64,000 nt of DNA. Source: Felis catus. Its lineage: Eukaryota. Position 1 is the first letter of the stretch. Every line of letters begins with the position of its first letter. Shown piece by piece: positions 59,361 to 64,000 of the stretch. The stretch spans positions 124,001 through 188,000 of the forward strand of contig NW_025408521.1 of the NCBI RefSeq assembly GCF_018350175.1. The letters run 5' to 3'. A program made the position numbers and the translations under genes. The notes beneath the pieces are model-generated. The model was not told the DNA's origin. It did not search any database and saw only the letters and a list, made by a program, of their open reading frames with translations.

Positions 59361-61848
59361 TGTGAGGAGGCCCCGGGCGAGCAGCCCGTGGAGAGGAGGC
59401 CTGGGGCGAGCGGGGCACTTCCTATCTTTAGTCTCCAATCCATCAGACCTTTCCGGGGAGTTTCTCAGCTGAGACCCTAGTGTCTGGAGTCTGTTTCAGG
59501 TTCTGTGACCCCTTTCTCTCAGGTAAAGGGAGCGGCTTCAGCCAAGGTGTCCCATCGTAATGACTCAGGGCCTCAGGCCGGGGTTCCTAGCAGGTGTTTG
59601 GGATTCTGGGTCTCGCATCCCTCGGTCCTAACCCGGGAGTTTCGGAGCTGACAGGAAGAGTTTGTTGGCTTTTTAGGATTCAGGCCTATGTTTCCTTGGG
59701 ATTTTGAGTTCGCTGCATAGCCCCTGGAGGGGCTACTTGGGATTCTGTCTCCCACTTCTCCAACCTTCCCTGTAAGTTTCTTAGCTGAGACCCCCTGGTC
59801 TGGAGGCTGTGTGGGATACCGTGACCCGTTTCTCTCAGGTACAGGGGAAGGCAACAGGCATGATGAGGCATGGTATGAGACAGCCTCGGGCGAGGAGGCC
59901 CCAGGGCTAGCGGGGCACTTCCTATTCTCTGTCTCCAAACCATCGGACCTTTCTGGGGAGTTTCTCAGCTGAGACCCCAGTGTCTGGAGGCTGTTTCGTG
60001 TTCTCTGACCCCTTTCTCTCAGTTAAAGGGACCGGCTTCAGCCGTCTTGAGCCGTGGTAATGACTCAGGCCCTGGAGGCCAGGGGTCGTAGCAGGTGTTT
60101 GGGATTCTGGGTCTCGCATCCCTCGGTCCTAACCTGGGAGTTTCTGAGGTGAGAGGAAGGGTTTGTTCGCTTTTTAGGATTCAGGCGTATGTTGCCTTGG
60201 GATTTTGTGCTCGCTGCATAGCTTCTGGAGGGGCTGCTTGGGATTCTGTGTCTCCCACTTCTCCAACCTTCCCCCAAAGTTTCTCAGCTGAGACCCCATG
60301 GTGTGGAGGCTGTGTGGGATACTCTGACCCATTTCTCTCAGGTACAGGGAGTGGCTTCAGCCATGGTGACCCATGGTAATGACTCAGGGCCTGGAGGCCG
60401 GGGCTCGTAGCAGGTGTTTGGGATTCTGTGTCTCCCATCCCTCGGTTTTATCCCGGGAGTTTCTGAGCTGAGAGGAATGGTTTGTTGGCTTTTTAGGATT
60501 CAGGCATATGTCTCTTTGGGATTTTGTGCTCGCTGCATAGCCGCTGGAGGGGCTGCTTGGGATTCTTTGTCTCCGACTTCTCTAAACTTCCGGGTATGTT
60601 TCTCAGCTCATACCCCATGGTCTGGAGCCTGTGTGAGAAACACTGACCCATTTCTGTCGGGTACAGGGAGAGGCTTCAGCCCTGATGAGCCATGGTAAGA
60701 TACAGCCCCGGGCGTGGAGGCCCGGGGCGAGCAGGAGCACTACCCATTTTGTGCATCCTATCCCTCCGAACTTCCCCGGGAGTTTCTGAGAAGGGAACCC
60801 AGAGCCTGGCGGGTGTTTGTGTTTGTGAGACCCCTTCTCTCAGGTACAGGAACGGCTTCAGCCATAGTGAGCCATAGCAGGCTGCCCCGGGCGTGGAGGC
60901 CCCGGGGCAAGCAGCCCCGGGCGAGGAGCCCCTGGGCGAGCAGCCCCGGGGCGAGGAGTCCCGGGGTGAGCCTGGAGGCCCGGGGCGAGCAGGGCCACTA
61001 CCAATTCTGTGTCTCCAATCCCTCGGAACTTGCCCGGGAGTTTCTGAGCAGGGATCCCAGGGTCTGCCGGTGTTTGTGATTGTGTGACCCCATTCTCTCA
61101 GGTACAGGGAGTGGCCTCAGCCGTGGAAAGCCATGGTAATTGACTCCCGGCCTCGAAGCCGGGTCTCACAGTAGCTGATTGGGATTGTGTGTCTGGCATC
61201 CATCTGACCTATCTCGGGAATTTCTGAGCTGAGACCACAGGGTTTTTTGTGTCTAACTTATGTCTCCCTTGGGATTTTGTGCTCGCGCACATCCCTGGAT
61301 GGGCTGCTTGGGTTTCTGTGTCTCTCTGATTTCTGGGACCATTTCCGGGAGATTCTAAGCTGAGACCCCAGGTTCTGGTATTCTGTGACCCCTTTCTCTC
61401 AGGTACAGGGAGCGGCTTCAGCCATGGTGAGCCATGGTAATTGACTAAGGGCCTGGAAGCCACAGCTCATAGCAGTTGTTTGGGATTCTGTGTCTGGCAT
61501 TCCTCGGTCCTAACCCGGGACTTTCGGACCTGAGACCACAAGGTTTGTTGGCTTTTGGGATTCAGGCATATGTCTCGCTTGGGATTTTGTGCTCACTGCA
61601 CAGCCGCTGGAGGGTCTGCATGGGATTCTGTGTCTCCCACTACTCGAACCTTTCCCGGAAGTTTCCTAGCTGAGACCCCATGGTCAGGAGGCTGCATTCA
61701 GGTACAGGGAGAGGCTTCAGGCATGATGAGCCATGGTAAGTGACAGCCCCGGACGAGGAGGCCCGAGGTGAGCAGCCCCTGGTGAGGAGGCCCAGAGAGG
61801 ATCAGCCATGATGAGCCATGGTAAGTGACAGCCACGGGTGAGGAGGAT
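59361..61848 (-). repeat. Diverged layer of the same ~140-180-bp subunits without 29-mer expansion
   Basis: Subunit motifs (GGGATTCTG, GAGTTTCT-AGCTGAGACC, CAGGTACAGGG, AGCCATGGTAA) are recognisable but carry many substitutions and occur in a different order. One local step is 319 bp (60095 to 60414). Confidence 0.9.
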
Positions 61849-64000
61849 GCTCAATTGCAGGGTTAGGGATTGAGGCAGGCTTAACTTTTGGTGGAGGGTC
61901 CCGGTTCGGGGTACGGTTAGTGTTAGGGTAAGGTCCCATGAGGCTCCCGGCACCGAACACACAACAGGGCAGTGGTCTCCCCGAAGGGCTGAGTTGAGGG
62001 CACAAGGGACGGTGCTGGCCAGGATCTGTCTTTGGCTGCCACGGCCACAAACTTCAATTGGCCCCTGGTCGAGGAGACTTCCGGAATCCTCTCGGGCAGG
62101 TGCAGCCGGGTGTGGGAAACGACATGGTGAGCTTCCAGTTTCCATGGCGAGTCAGCCTCCACCGCTTCTGGACCCCAGGCGCGTGATGCTGTCAGACGTT
62201 GGAATTGGGTCCCCATGGGGAGAGAGCCTTAGCTAGGGTTACGGTTCTGTCCAGGGACATTGCCAGGGCTGTAGCGACTCCCGTCTCATGATCTCCCTCG
62301 AGGGGTGAAGTGAGGGCCCATGCCAGAAGGCGGCTCAATTGCAGGGTTAGGGTTTGGGGCAGGCTTAGGTTTCGGTGGAGGGTCACGGTTCGGGGTAGGG
62401 TTAGGGTTAGGGTTAGCTCCCAGGAGGCTCCAGACGCCGAACCCACAACAGGGCAGTGGTCTCCCCAAGGGCTGAGATGAGGGCACAAGGGACGGTGCCT
62501 GTCAGGGTGCGGCTTTGTCTGCAAAGGCCACACACGTTGATCACCCCTGGTCGAGGAGGCCTCCGGAATCCTCTCCCGAGCTGCAGCCGGGCCTGGGAAA
62601 CGACATGGTGGTCCTCCAGGTTCCCTGCCAAGTCGTCCTGCACCGCTTCTGGACCCCAGGCATGTGGAGTTGTCAGACGTTGGAATTGGGTCCCCATGGG
62701 GAGAGAGCCTTAGCTATGGTTCGGGTTCGAACCAGGGACGTCGCCAGGGCCGAAGTGACTCTGGTCTCATGATCTCCCTCGAGGGCTGAAGTGAGGGCCC
62801 ATGCCAGAAGTCAGCTCAATTGCAGGGTTAGGGATCGAGGCAGGCTTAGGTTTCGGTGGAGGTTCCTGGTTTGGGATAGGGGTAAGGTTAGGGTTATGTC
62901 CCAGGAGGCTCCAGGCGCCGAACCCACAGCAGGGCCGTGGTCTCCCCGAAGGGCTGAGTTGAGGGCACAAGGGACGGTGCCGGTCAGGATCCCTCTTTGG
63001 CTGCCAAAGCCACACGCGTCCTTAAGCCCCTGGGCGAGGAGGCCTCCGGAATCCTCTAGGGCAGCTGCAGCGGGCCTGGGAAACGACATGGTGAGCTTCC
63101 AGGTTCCTTGCCGAGTCAGCCTGCACCGCTTCTGGAACCCAGGCGCGTGATGCTGTCAGACGTTGGAATTGGGTCCCCATGAGGGGAGAGCCTTAGCTAG
63201 GGTTAGGGTTCGGGCCAGGGACGTCGCCAGGGCTGAAGCGACTCCGGTCTCGTGATCTCCCTCGAGGGCTGAAGTGAGGGCCCATGCCAGAAGGCGGCTC
63301 AAATGCAGGATTAGGGATCGAGGCAGGCTTAGGTTTCGGGGAGGGTCCCGGTTCGGGGTAGGGTTAGGGTTAGGGTTAGGTCCCAGGAGGTTCCAGGCGC
63401 CGAACCCACAGCAGGGCAGTGTTCTCCCCGAAAGGCTGAGTTGAGGGCACATGGGACGGTGCCGGTCAGGATCCGTCTTTGGCTGTCAAGGCCACAAACT
63501 TCAATCGGCCCCTGGTCGAGGAGGCCTCCGGAATCCTTTCGCACTGCTGCACCCAGGCCTCGGAAACGACATGGTGAGCTTCCAGGTTCCATGCCGAGTC
63601 AGCTTGCACCGCTTCTGGACCCCAGGCCCGTGGTGTTGTCAGACGTTCGAATTGGGGCCCCATGGGGACTGAGCCTTAGCTCTGTTAGAGTTCGGTCCAC
63701 GGACGTAGCCTGTGCCGAAGCGACTCCAGTCTTGTGATCTCCCTCGAGGGCTGAAGTAAGGGCCCATGCCAGAAGTCAGCTCAATTCCAGGGTTAGGTAT
63801 CAAGGCAGGCTTAGGTTTCGGTGGAGGGTCCCGGTTCAGGGTAGGGTAGGTTTAGGGTTAGGTCCCCGCAGGCTCCAGGCGCCGAACCCTCAGCAGGGCA
63901 GTGGTGTCCCCAAAGGGCTGAACTGAGGGCACAAGGGATGGTTCTGTGCAGGATCTGTCTTTGGCTGCCTTGGCCACAGACGACGATTTGCCCCTGGTCG
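61849..64000 (+). repeat. ~483-bp GC-rich satellite with TTAGGG-like hexamers, ~4.5 copies, probably FA-SAT-like (felid major satellite)
   Basis: The anchor TCAATTGCAGGGTTAGG (and variants) occurs at 61851, 62335, 62816, 63299 and 63781 (steps 484, 481, 483, 482). It has many imperfect TTAGGG hexamers and GGATCC sites near 62987 and 63469. Feline FA-SAT is known as a 483-bp GC-rich monomer with imperfect TAACCC hexamers. The family assignment rests on these properties, not on an alignment. Confidence 0.75.
62395..62416 (+). repeat. Short telomere-like hexamer run within the 483-bp satellite
   Basis: GTAGGGTTAGGGTTAGGGTTAG. An equivalent run lies at ~63358-63380. Confidence 0.85.

Noticed and set aside
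62395..63380. True telomere or interstitial telomere fusion
   Set aside because: There are only about three consecutive hexamers, at fixed positions in the 483-bp monomer and on one strand only.
1..64000. Herpesvirus terminal or internal repeats with telomeric motifs
   Set aside because: There are no viral ORFs or unique DNA in 64 kb. The layered satellite structure and the 483-bp array fit host heterochromatin better.

Overview
The window is non-coding tandem-repeat DNA from end to end. I can support no gene, RNA gene, transposon or CRISPR array, and the ORF track is a by-product of a stop-free GC-rich repeat. Bases 1-59,360 are a nested compound satellite. Each unit is a ~651-bp spacer plus a variable tract (about 6 to over 100 copies) of a 29-bp near-palindrome, GCTCGCCCCGGGCCTCCAGGCCCGGGGCT. 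The unit is itself a diverged tetramer of 180/139/183/178-bp subunits. The array inverts inside a 29-mer tract at 16,704-16,958. The right arm (36 units) carries 3-unit (~2.77 kb), 5-unit (~5.8-6.1 kb) and ~12.6-kb higher-order repeats. The left arm is more homogeneous and has spacers partly overwritten by the 29-mer, which may be an assembly or polishing artefact. Bases 59,361-61,848 are an older, diverged layer of the same subunits without tract expansion. This layer directly abuts a ~483-bp TTAGGG-containing satellite (61,849-64,000) whose length and motifs fit feline FA-SAT, suggesting felid subtelomeric or pericentromeric heterochromatin (no search run). The best candidate for something undescribed is the hairpin minisatellite nested inside a nucleosome-length satellite. 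It shows repeated palindrome-perfecting variants and hosts the major rearrangement breakpoints.
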